A stretch of DNA of 64,000 nt from Reclinomonas americana ATCC 50394 (Eukaryota), in assembly GCA_048213135.1 (NCBI GenBank), contig PS015010.1, forward strand, positions 930,001 through 994,000, read 5' to 3'. Shown piece after piece: positions 49,684-59,176 of this stretch. Every line of letters starts with the position of its first letter. The stretch's first letter is position 1. Under the pieces are notes generated by a model. That model had not been told where the DNA came from, searched no databases, and saw only the letters and a program-made list of their open reading frames with translations. Made by a program: the position numbers and the translations under genes.

Positions 49684-49707
49684 GCAATGCACAGACCACT
49701 ATAAAGG

Positions 49708-50391
49708 ATGACACATATCGATTTTTTTGAAGCTTATAGAAATGGCCAAAGGCACTTTTCAAATTTGGATTTTGAATATTTAAGTGGTTTTGCTAACAAT
49801 GACTTTTCGGATGTAATTTTTAAGAACTGCCTTCTTTATCTTGATTTTAGAAATTGCAACCTGACAAACAGCCATTTTATTGGATGTAATATAAAAGAGA
49901 TTGATCTAAGAAAGGCAAATTTGACAAATGCATTAATGACCCAATGTTTAGTTGAAAGTGCGATGTTTAAAGGAGCGATAGTCAAAGGTTTCAAGTTTGT
50001 CGACAACCACTATTATGGCGCAACTTTAAATCAAGAAGATTTCGATAAAGACCTGATAAACTCAGACGCTTTCATACTTAAGAAAGAAGTATCTAAAGTC
50101 GACTTCGTTAGTACACTTTCTCCAAAAATGACCGATGTGACAGAAATTGCTGAACCCAAGGTCGACATTTGGCCATTTGTTAATCAGTTGGTGTATGAGA
50201 GAATTGTTGACGATTATGTCGCAATTAACCATTTGGTTGAAAAGGTCTACAGGAATCAATTAAATTGGTGCGATCATATTCTATTGCCAACCAGTACTGA
50301 AAATACATTTGTCGTAATCCTTGTCGACGTTGAGAATAAGAAGATAATGGGATATTATCAGCTTAATTTAAATGCCGAATACGACTTATAA
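49708..50391 (+). CDS. Pentapeptide-repeat protein fused to an unknown C-terminal domain (cassette 2)
   Basis: DFRNCNLTNS, DLRKANLTNA, AMFKGA repeats in the N-terminal half. Confidence 0.8.
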   Translation: MTHIDFFEAYRNGQRHFSNLDFEYLSGFANNDFSDVIFKNCLLYLDFRNCNLTNSHFIGCNIKEIDLRKANLTNALMTQCLVESAMFKGAIVKGFKFVDNHYYGATLNQEDFDKDLINSDAFILKKEVSKVDFVSTLSPKMTDVTEIAEPKVDIWPFVNQLVYERIVDDYVAINHLVEKVYRNQLNWCDHILLPTSTENTFVVILVDVENKKIMGYYQLNLNAEYDL

Positions 50392-50404
50392 TCGGAAGCA
50401 CAGT

Positions 50405-50601
50405 ACACAACATGGGGTTTTCTGCTATGCTGGCTGAAGAATATATGCTGATCGTCCCATTCGCTTATCAGCTATAGTTCGGGCTGAACGGAGAAACCCC
50501 AGCAACAGAATATAACATCAACTGCATTAAATTTACTCAGCAACAGTTCGGGCTGACGAATCACAGAATATCAGCACAGCAGAAAGCCCTGACCGTTGTA
50601 C
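50405..50601 (+). repeat. attC-like site 2
   Basis: ACACAAC ... GGGTTTTCTGCTATGCTG / CAGCACAGCAGAAAGCCC ... GTTGTAC. Confidence 0.8.
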
Positions 50602-50634
50602 GCCATTCTATCGAAACATTATTAAATACAAACC

Positions 50635-51114
50635 TTGACAAACGTAAAACTTAAATTTTCGCAGTTCTCAGAAAGAGCAAATTCAGAAATAGGTTTTATT
50701 GCAGAAGACAACACTGATGTTGAAGTAACAACCCTTCAAATAAAAAATTGGGCGACCTTGCAACTCTACTATTGGTACCAGTACAAAGAATTACTTGGTG
50801 TAAAGACATTTTATAAAAGCAAGCCTATAAAAATTGAAGCTTTCGTAGACTCAAAAATTGTTGGCACATTTATGCAAGTGAGAGTAACAAAAGACACTGT
50901 AATTAGAAAAGATGATATCACATTCCCATTTCTAGAAAATTTATATATGCTTACTACCTATCTTGAAGCACCAATAAAGACAAAGAAAATAATTCACAAG
51001 AAAAAAGAAACTTTAAACCACAATATTGAAAAGTATTTAAATATAATCGAATATTCTGATCGGCAATTTTCAAAATTTGGCTCTCCCGTAATATTTACTG
51101 GTTGGACAAATTGA
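50635..51114 (+). CDS. Hypothetical protein (cassette 3)
   Basis: ORF fills the cassette between GTTGTACGCC and GGCGTACAAC; TTG start. Confidence 0.7.
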   Translation: MTNVKLKFSQFSERANSEIGFIAEDNTDVEVTTLQIKNWATLQLYYWYQYKELLGVKTFYKSKPIKIEAFVDSKIVGTFMQVRVTKDTVIRKDDITFPFLENLYMLTTYLEAPIKTKKIIHKKKETLNHNIEKYLNIIEYSDRQFSKFGSPVIFTGWTN

Positions 51115-51122
51115 GAAACGGC

Positions 51123-51317
51123 GTACAACATGGGGTTTTGTGCAAGTGGGGCTGGACAATCAAACTTCAGCTAAGTGCAAAGCCAGGCTGTGGTTCCGGC
51201 AGGACAAACTTTATTGAGCTTTTGTAATTAACTTCATCATTCGTAATTTTAATCAGCGGCGGTTGCGGACGGACACAACAACATCTCCCCACCTGCACAA
51301 AGCCCTGTTCGTTGGGC
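51123..51317 (+). repeat. attC-like site 3
   Basis: GTACAAC ... GGGTTTTGTGCAAGTGGGG / CCCCACCTGCACAAAGCCC ... GTTGGGC. Confidence 0.8.
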
Positions 51318-51326
51318 GTCATTACC

Positions 51327-52022
51327 ATGATAAATTCGAAAAACTATATAGTAATTATAATTCCCTATTTAACTCTATGTTGTGGAGTATATCAATTAAC
51401 TTATTGGACGCTTTTTAATCTAAACGCATTTAATTTTATATCATTTCAAGACATTATAAAGTCTTCAATTTTACCATTAATTTCATCATTTCTTACCTCA
51501 GCAATTGGGTTTTATATAGCATCTACACTATTTTCAAAAAAAAATGATCCAGAAAATCTAAAAACAAATAAGTCTCCTCAAAAAAAAGGCAATATTTTGA
51601 AGGAGATTATCGCTTTCCTCTTAATCATTATACTACTTGTTGTAGTTCTCATTTTTATTCCAGGAAAAAATTATAAGGGTTATGCGATGATACTTGGAAT
51701 GATATTTTATGTTTTTATAGATATTAACTTCATCTTCTCCAAAGATTTCAATCCAAAAATTGATAAAAGGTTTTTGATGATGATAATGATATACTTCCCA
51801 TTCATTGGCATCGCAAAAGCGTTAGAAGACGGAGATAAAATAATGGAAAATAAAGAGTACCAATATACCACTATCCCGAAAAATAATTCACAACTTGTTA
51901 CTTCATCCTTCGATACAATAAAACTCATAGGGATTACAGATGAAAAGTTCATTTTTACAAATTTGAAAAATGACAAAATATTTTTTTTAAAATCAGACAC
52001 AATGATACTATATCGAAAGTGA
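51327..52022 (+). CDS. Multi-TM hypothetical membrane protein (cassette 4)
   Basis: About 5 hydrophobic helices; very AT-rich. Confidence 0.78.
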   Translation: MINSKNYIVIIIPYLTLCCGVYQLTYWTLFNLNAFNFISFQDIIKSSILPLISSFLTSAIGFYIASTLFSKKNDPENLKTNKSPQKKGNILKEIIAFLLIIILLVVVLIFIPGKNYKGYAMILGMIFYVFIDINFIFSKDFNPKIDKRFLMMIMIYFPFIGIAKALEDGDKIMENKEYQYTTIPKNNSQLVTSSFDTIKLIGITDEKFIFTNLKNDKIFFLKSDTMILYRK

Positions 52023-52026
52023 CCTC

Positions 52027-52225
52027 GCCAAACATAAGGTTTGGCGCAATTGGGGCTTGACGGAAAAACTTTCAACATTTGTTCGCTATTCAACCTCAGC
52101 TATAGGGTTGGACCGTTAACGGATCCGTCGGCTGCCTTCCGTTGTCAGAATAATTTCGTTTCTTTAATATCATCCAGGCCGGGCATACGGAATACTAATT
52201 CCCATCTTGCATAAAATCCTGGACG
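52027..52225 (+). repeat. attC-like site 4 (degenerate, right core site missing)
   Basis: GCCAAAC start; family motifs present; ends ...ATCCTGGACG with no GTT. Confidence 0.6.
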
Positions 52226-52239
52226 ACCGATTACAAACA

Positions 52240-52773
52240 ATGACCTGCAACAATTTTGACATAAAGATATTAGACCTTCATTGGATTATGGACGTTGACG
52301 ACCCAACAGACCTTTGTGCACACGGGCACGTTTTTGTAAAAATCGGAGACGGAATTGTGGCAGACAAAGACAGTTTAGACGTAACAGTAAGTTCAACTGC
52401 TCTGTATTTAATGCGGACAATAAAGGGCAATTACAAAAAAGACGACTATGCAAGTCAACTGCTGCCTTGTTGCGGACACTTTTTTATGGCTGATGAAGAA
52501 AGTGACTACGTTTCTATTATGGGTTGCCCAAGCGGAATTGACTGGACAATTATTCACACAGGCGATGGCAAAATCAAACACATAACAGACAGCGGACAAG
52601 AAGCAACGGTTGACAAAAATGAATATATAAAGTTGGTTTTGAACTTTGCAGACCAGGTTGAGGATTTTTATAAAACGAGTTTGCCAAAGACAATACCAAC
52701 GGGCAACTTCGAAAAAAAAGGTTACTTGACATTTTGGAAAGAATGGCGACTCTTACGAGACGAATGGAAATAA
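52240..52773 (+). CDS. Hypothetical Cys/His-rich protein (cassette 5)
   Basis: DLCAHG, LLPCCGH, GCPSGIDW. Confidence 0.78.
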   Translation: MTCNNFDIKILDLHWIMDVDDPTDLCAHGHVFVKIGDGIVADKDSLDVTVSSTALYLMRTIKGNYKKDDYASQLLPCCGHFFMADEESDYVSIMGCPSGIDWTIIHTGDGKIKHITDSGQEATVDKNEYIKLVLNFADQVEDFYKTSLPKTIPTGNFEKKGYLTFWKEWRLLRDEWK

Positions 52774-52779
52774 AACAAC

Positions 52780-52973
52780 ACATAATATTGGGGTTTATAC
52801 AAGTTGGTCATCATCGGCAAACATCAGCAAATTGCAAATCCAGGCTGTGGTTTGGGCCGGATAAACAACTTTCAACTTTAGTTCTTAAATTCAGTATTAT
52901 ATTTTCAATAAGCAGCTGTTATGGGCAGACGGAACGGTAATTCCCAACCTGCATAAAGCCCTGCTCGTTGCCT
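52780..52973 (+). repeat. attC-like site 5
   Basis: ACATAAT (AAC>AAT) ... GGGTTTATACAAGTTGG / CCAACCTGCATAAAGCCC ... GTTGCCT; closely similar to site 6. Confidence 0.75.
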
Positions 52974-53007
52974 GCAAGCGTATTGTGACACAACTTGAAA
53001 TTTTAAA

Positions 53008-53673
53008 ATGGACTATAAGTTAGAAAAGCAAATTTGGACGGACGCAGACTTTGGTCAAATGGGTTGGCACGACTGCAACATTTATAAAATCCGTTTGACA
53101 GACGATTTAGAACTTGACATTGATTATATTCTTCAATGGAACAAGCCAGACTTAGAAGGGTTGCCATTTACATTTTGGGTTGCACCAGCGACACTTGTTT
53201 TTAAATCAGTTCAAAACTTGACTTTTGACTTTGATATCGGTTTTGAAAATGCTTTTGAAATTGAAGACATTGAAAAGGAAGGCGAAAATCGTTGGACAAT
53301 TATTACAAGACAAGGCGACATTCAACTTACTTCAAGAGGTTACGAGCAATACATAAGACAAGAACCTTTTTTTGAGTTTGGACAAACAATTTCATACAAT
53401 GAACGCAACGGTTATTCTCTTGACAGAACGACCAACCAAGAAAACCGAAATAGAAGCCGTGAAGACATTGTGCAGCAGCGTCAGAAAGATTTAGAAGATT
53501 ACGAAAATGTCAAAAAGCGACATCTTAAAAAACAAGAATTGGAAGAGCTTTCGAAAGCCAGAAAAAATAACGAGCTTGACACAAAACAATATCTCTTAAA
53601 GAAAAAGGAAATTAACGACCAGCTCTTTTCTTACGACTTTTTTCTAAAAGGAACAAAGTTTGAGAGTTGGTAA
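53008..53673 (+). CDS. Hypothetical protein (cassette 6)
   Basis: DFGQMGWHD, LDIDYILQW, FWVAPATLVF. Confidence 0.78.
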   Translation: MDYKLEKQIWTDADFGQMGWHDCNIYKIRLTDDLELDIDYILQWNKPDLEGLPFTFWVAPATLVFKSVQNLTFDFDIGFENAFEIEDIEKEGENRWTIITRQGDIQLTSRGYEQYIRQEPFFEFGQTISYNERNGYSLDRTTNQENRNRSREDIVQQRQKDLEDYENVKKRHLKKQELEELSKARKNNELDTKQYLLKKKEINDQLFSYDFFLKGTKFESW

Positions 53674-53701
53674 CAATTTTCGGTGGACAAGGAATACCTG
53701 C

Positions 53702-53895
53702 TGCCAACATTGGGTTTTATGCAAGTTGACCATGACCAGCAAACATCAATTAATTACAAAGCCAAGCTGTGGTTCGGGCTGGACAAACAACTTTCAACTT
53801 TAGTTCTTAAATTCAACTTTATATTTTAAATCAGCAGCGGTTGTAGGCAGACGGAATACTAATTCCCAGTCTGCATAAGGCCCTGTTCGTTACCT
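53702..53895 (+). repeat. attC-like site 6
   Basis: TGCCAAC ... GGGTTTTATGCA / TGCATAAGGCCC ... GTTACCT. Confidence 0.8.
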
Positions 53896-53921
53896 GCAAT
53901 ATTAAAACGAACCTTTTCGAA

Positions 53922-54464
53922 ATGAAATTCTTTGAAACAGCATTTCTTTGTTATGAGCTGACCCACGCAAAAAATATTGACTTCATCAAAGAAACCATTG
54001 ATCATTTGGAAAGTTTGGAAGAAGAGGAGATATATTCCTGGGAAATGATCCCTGGCTCGGAAAAGTATTTCAGATCTAGACCTATTGGTGGAGAAAGGCC
54101 ATTTCCAACATCAAGCTTAGCAATAGAAACCGGTAGCTTTATTAAAGAGTTATCTGGATTCAATTTCAGGCAAAACGATCAGGCAGAATTTATAACGGAT
54201 GTCGTTTTTAAAGACTATAGAAATATTATTAAAAACGCGGCATGTTTGAGTGATCTTAGTTATGCCATTTTTCTATACTCTAGAAACAAAAGGATTGAAT
54301 ATTTATGGTTTGACAAAGTTGAGGATGCTACAGACGAAAGTAAACACAATACTTCTAAAATGCTATATCATCTTGGAAATTCCTTTGAAATGGTGCTGGT
54401 TGATTGGTATGAAAAAGAGATAATAAATCTGAACTCGCTCGAAGAAATTGAGAAGTTTTTATAA
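53922..54464 (+). CDS. Hypothetical protein (cassette 7)
   Basis: ORF bounded by GTTACCTGCA / TGCAGGTAAC; LVDWY near the C-terminus. Confidence 0.75.
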   Translation: MKFFETAFLCYELTHAKNIDFIKETIDHLESLEEEEIYSWEMIPGSEKYFRSRPIGGERPFPTSSLAIETGSFIKELSGFNFRQNDQAEFITDVVFKDYRNIIKNAACLSDLSYAIFLYSRNKRIEYLWFDKVEDATDESKHNTSKMLYHLGNSFEMVLVDWYEKEIINLNSLEEIEKFL

Positions 54465-54472
54465 AATACTGC

Positions 54473-54666
54473 AGGTAACAATGCATTGGTGCAATGGTAG
54501 TTTGACGTCAATTCCTCATCTTCGTCTATCTATTTGGCTTCAGTCACCGGGTTGACTTTTTCTAACCACTTTTTCTTAGCTTCATGCTCAGCAACTATTC
54601 GGCATTAAGCCAATCGGTTGACGGAATTCTGTTACCACCACTGACGCCAATGCCTCGACGTTAGCG
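54473..54666 (+). repeat. attC-like site 7
   Basis: AGGTAAC ... GCATTGG / CCAATGC ... GTTAGCG. Confidence 0.75.
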
Positions 54667-54673
54667 GTCATTG

Positions 54674-55021
54674 CAGGACGTCCTTGCCGCCGACTTGGGC
54701 TGATCCCGATAGCTATCGGGAGAATCAACAAAAAAATCACTGCTGGAGCAAAAGGAAACAATTGACGATGGGGTGCTGTAGCAACTGTCTGCGGCGCAGA
54801 AGATACCCGTGGAAGCGATTGAGAATTTTGATGAGGAGCAGGCTGTGAATATTATTTCCAATACAGTTAACAATAATGACAGCACTACCGGAAATTCTTT
54901 ATTCAGCTACCAACCCACATTCAACCCTATAGACAAAATGATGGAACTGTATGAAAGGATGATCCAGCAGCAAAAGGAAATGATTGAGAAACTGGAGAGG
55001 TTGCTGGAAAAGGGGAAATAA
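54674..55021 (+). pseudogene. 5'-truncated XRE-HTH paralogue of 47697..48101
   Basis: Aligns to XRE copy 1 from QDALAADLG onward; palindrome insertion at 54704-54721; TAG at 54779-54781; same C-terminus ERMIQQQKEMIEKLERLLEKGK. Confidence 0.85.
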
Positions 55022-55190
55022 CCCTTTTTTGATATTGAGATAAAATATGAAGCCGCTGGATGTGGCTTTTTTTATTAATTATGCTATATTTATAATATAT
55101 AGCGTTACCCTAAATTCCGATACCCATTGTTTAATCTTCACAGAAAGTATATTTTTTGCAAAGAGGTAGAGTTTTATTATTCACGCTGAG

Positions 55191-55297
55191 GTGTATTGTA
55201 CTAACAACAATACAAAAAGTATAATGCCAAAAGACTGATTATCAGTGTTCTTCTTTTTATATTTTTATTTTTAGTTGCAAATGTTTATGAGTTGGCG
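55191..55297 (+). other. attI-like array leader, copy 2
   Basis: Near-identical to 48149-48250; ends at G|TTGGCGG. Confidence 0.65.
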
Positions 55298-55336
55298 GTA
55301 GGTTTATGAGACCCCCTATAAATAAAACCTTAGTCT

Positions 55337-55552
55337 ATGACAAAGACAATAACAATTGAAACAACTTCAGGAAAGCAATATTTTGAGATTGAAGAATATT
55401 CGAGTAAATTTTACGTCTACAAACTCGACTACAGCGGTTTTTGGAGTACTAAGAAAAGAAATAATATTGGCGAAGCCAAAAATCTTGACGACGCAATTAC
55501 AATAGCAAAATCCTCTGTCTCTGGCAGTATAAACAAAATTGACCTGAAATAA
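55337..55552 (+). CDS. Small hypothetical protein (cassette 8, gene 1)
   Basis: 71-aa ORF immediately after the core site. Confidence 0.7.
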   Translation: MTKTITIETTSGKQYFEIEEYSSKFYVYKLDYSGFWSTKKRNNIGEAKNLDDAITIAKSSVSGSINKIDLK

Positions 55553-55562
55553 AATTTCTAAC

Positions 55563-56758
55563 ATGGCTGAACAACCAATAACTAACTCACCGGAAGACAA
55601 TTTTTCGGAAGAAGTAAAACAAACGTATCACCAATACGGAGCTAAATGTGCAATTGATACAAGGTCTAACCCGGATGTATTACCCACTTCGCTTGCTAGT
55701 GTTTACAATAAATTCCTTTTTGACACTAAGCTCGACCCTGAAGCAATACAAGCAAGAATTTCTAAACTTGAAACCGAGGTTTTACAAAAGAAAAGCCAGA
55801 AAGACAGGACAATTGGCGAAATCAATACTCTTCAGAAAGTAAAAGAAACCAAAGAGAATAAAATAGAAGAATTGAGAATTGCGAAGATTAATTTGAAAGA
55901 AACTGACACTTCATTTACAGATTGGGTGCCTTTTGTTATTGGAACTTTTATTTTAATTATTCTTACTCTCTTTCTTTATGCCTTTTACTGCTCATTAATT
56001 TATTCGCTTTTCTTTGGAACTAGTGGAGATACTGTTAGTTTTTTAATCCAAATGTATTTTCCGATACTCGAAATAAGGGTGGGCTTGCGTCATGGGTTAT
56101 TTTCTGCTCGCCAATTATCGTTCTAAGTATCGGATATTTAATTCATACATTTTTATCGCAAAAGAAATATTTCAATCTAGTTTTACTTTTACTCCTAATG
56201 TTTATAATTGATAGTCTTATAAGCTATCAAATCGCTAGTGCAATACATGACAACAAATTCTCAGCAGGCTTAACTGATGAAAAATGGAAAGTTGGCATGG
56301 CGATTAATGACCCCCAATTTTGGACAATTATTTTATTGGGCTATGTAATGTATGTAGTTTGGGGAATAATTCTTCACAACGTTCTAAGAGAATACTCGAA
56401 GCTTCAGCCAGATAAAATTCTTCAATTAAAAGTCGAGAATATTGATAAGCATATCAATGAAAATGAAGCTAGTTTATTAGAAATAAATAATAAAATTAAT
56501 GAGCTTACGGCATTAATTGGGACACTCACGAATGAAATAGATTTAAAAGAAAATGACATCATTGGCTATCGAAATGGAATTATACCAATAAAGGTTTCTT
56601 CTTTAAGAGATTGTGTTAATCAATTCATGAATGGGTGGTATGCCCAAACTAATTTGCTAATTGCACAATCACAATCAAAGCAAATCGCAGATAAGGCTTC
56701 AAAAATTCAAAGTGAATGGCTTGAATTAAAAATTGAAAATTTAGATAGCGATCACTAA
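55563..56758 (+). pseudogene. Coiled-coil / multi-TM protein split by a 1-bp frameshift (cassette 8, gene 2)
   Basis: Adding one T to the run at 56039-56044 joins 55563.. to the open frame FNPNVFSD...GYLIH...MFIIDSL ending at 56758; may be a sequencing indel. Confidence 0.75.
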
Positions 56759-56773
56759 CCCAGTTTAATTATT

Positions 56774-57855
56774 ATGGAACAAGCCAAGCCACGCAAAAAG
56801 AACTATAAACCTATAATAGCCCTTATCATTTTCCTTGTAATATTTGGTCTATTTGCATTTTTCATAACAAGTCCTTCGACTTTAAGTAAAGCCAGAACGA
56901 GTATAGAAAGCTGTTATAATATTGAAGATGTAAAACAATGTTGGTATAAGTATAAGGAGGATTTGCACCAAAATCATGAATTTGTAGCATTAGTCAAACA
57001 AAAGCTTGCTTCTTTTGGCTTATCTGAAGCCGAAATAGAAGATTGTAAAAAATGGCTGCCAAAGTCAGACGAGAACTTAAATATTATTGTTATCCCCGAC
57101 CTTTCTAGGCGAATTATAGACACTTTAAATAACCCTGAACAAATTACTAACGATACTATTCTTTTATCACAAATTTGGAAATCATTTGAAAAGGCAGTTA
57201 AGTTAAAGAAAAACTCAAAGGACAGATTAATAGTGGATATAACAGATAATGACCAGGCACAGGGAAAATTTAGAACTATTGCTAACAAGTTAATTTTTGA
57301 CCTTTCTAGCCATAAGAACCAAAGCAATAGACTATACTTTGAAAAGATTGGTTCACAATTCAGCAACAACATCTCACAATTATATGCATTAGGAAAAGAA
57401 CAGCCCTTAGGTGCCGATTACTGGTATTATTTCAATCGAACAATAAGTAAACATATAAAACAATCAAACATTTCTGAGGACTATAGAAATATCATAATAT
57501 TAATAACAGATGGATATTTAGAAGCAGAAGACCAATTATATACTGGCAATTCTCAATTGCTTAAATCAGTATGTGCAGAAAATAAAAAGGAAAATCTTTA
57601 GATGAAATATTTAAGTCCAGAAATTTACAAATCCCACCTTGCACCATAAATTTATCTAATTCTGAGATTCTTGTTATCGAAGTTAATGAAAGGCGAAGTG
57701 GTTTAAAGTGCGACTATGATATTTTAAAAAAATATTGGACAAATTGGTTTGTCTCGATGAAAATCAAGAACGCTGATAAAAACTGCTTTATTGCAAGGGA
57801 AAATGCAATTGATTTGACTAAAGGAGCGATTGACGCAATAATTAATAAAAAATAA
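56774..57855 (+). pseudogene. Membrane-anchored vWA-like protein with a 1-bp frameshift (cassette 8, gene 3)
   Basis: IIVIPDLSRRI and ILITDGY motifs; adding one A near 57584-57588 extends the frame to TAA 57853-57855, overlapping the next ATG; may be a sequencing indel. Confidence 0.7.
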
Positions 57856-58340
57856 TGAGTATTTCATTTTGTAGATTCCTTACTGTCCTTTTTTTTGTCA
57901 TTGGTTGCACTTCAAACGAAGTCAAATTACCCAATATATTTTCAGGAAAAGTAGTTGCTGTTAAAGATGGAGACACCATTGAAGCACTATATAATGGTGA
58001 GGCTCAAACAATACGACTTGCTAACATAGATTGTCCCGAAAGGTCTCAACCCTTTGGAAAGGCTGCAAAGAAATTTGTATCAGACATGTGCTTTGGAAAA
58101 ATTGTAACTATTTCAAGCGACGGAAAAAGAGATAGATATAATAGGCTCATTGCAACAGTAATTATTGCTGACAATATAATTTTGAATAAAGAGCTATTGA
58201 AAGAAGGATTGGCGTGGCACTATAAAAAGTATTCTGACAAAAGCGACTATGCCGAACTCGAAACACAGGCGAGAAAAATACAAAAAGGGCTATGGGCTGA
58301 CAGTAATACAATCGCTCCGTGGGACTGGCGTAAGCAATAA
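57855..58340 (+). CDS. Thermonuclease (SNase-like) lipoprotein (cassette 8, gene 4)
   Basis: DGDT, IRLANIDCPE, DRYNR, GLAW, GLW..PWDWR. Confidence 0.93.
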   Translation: MSISFCRFLTVLFFVIGCTSNEVKLPNIFSGKVVAVKDGDTIEALYNGEAQTIRLANIDCPERSQPFGKAAKKFVSDMCFGKIVTISSDGKRDRYNRLIATVIIADNIILNKELLKEGLAWHYKKYSDKSDYAELETQARKIQKGLWADSNTIAPWDWRKQ

Positions 58341-58359
58341 AGACACGAAGAAAACCTAC

Positions 58360-58560
58360 CGCCAACATGGGTATTGCCAAAATGCAGGCTGACGGAAGCC
58401 GTGTTTCAACTGTTGTAATTCTGTTGGGCTGCATATCCAGCTTGGCTGTATCTATTTAGCTATGTGCATATCATCATCTTTTTTATCTTTACTCAGCAGC
58501 GGTCAGCCGGGGCAGACCGAATTCTATTTCCTACACTTTGGCAATACCTGTCCGTTGTAG
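58360..58560 (+). repeat. attC-like site 8
   Basis: CGCCAAC ... GGTATTGCCAAA / TTTGGCAATACC ... GTTGTAG. Confidence 0.8.
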
Positions 58561-58570
58561 GCAATCTTAA

Positions 58571-59163
58571 ATGAACCTCACAAAAGAAAATTTAAAATTA
58601 TTCATACCAGCCCTAGTTGAACTAGTGGACGGACAGGATTTCCCGTGGGACAAAATCGACAAATTATTTTCCGACAAAATAGCAGACCGAATTTCAAAAA
58701 GTAATGGTGAGGTTATTATAGTAGAGGCATCTATTTACGACATGATAGTAGCTGCAAAAAAGAAATATTCAAGTGCCGTCGGGCTATTACACTTTTTAAA
58801 TAAACTGTTTGAAGAGTTGACCGACATTCTTGATTCAAATGAAAAGTCATTAATCAAAAGTAACGTCAAGCAAATGTTGACATCGCTTGATAGCAAATAC
58901 TTAAATTTTTTAGGCGAAATAGCAACGCTAAATAATCTCATTAAATCAAAAGTAAAAAGGCGGGGCTGGACAGTGATTTTTCTTTTTATCTAATTCCTGT
59001 AATTTGGGGTGGCTGGAAAGATATAAAAATCTATAGTGACTTCTTTAAATTAAACCAATTGGATTTACCTAATGTTATTGAGCCTGTTTACTATTTAACT
59101 TATACTGACAATGCAGGTTATTACGGACATTATTTTAAAAGAATAAGTAACCTATTCAAGTGA
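58571..59163 (+). pseudogene. Disrupted hypothetical gene (cassette 9)
   Basis: 5' ORF shifts near 58950 into a second open frame (...FYLIPVIWGGW...ISNLFK*) ending at TGA 59161-59163. Confidence 0.6.
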
Positions 59164-59176
59164 CAGACAAGCCTGC

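Noticed and set aside
52574-52940. ORFs 52574..52783 (-) and 52734..52940 (+)
   Set aside because: One is antisense to the cassette 5 gene and the other runs through attC-like site 5.
54809-55021. Intact 70-aa gene
   Set aside because: It is the 3' remnant of the XRE pseudogene and lacks the HTH.
58961-58975. CGGGGCTGGACAGTG as an attC fragment
   Set aside because: It lies in the open 3' frame of the disrupted cassette 9 gene (KAGLDSDF) and lacks flanking arms.
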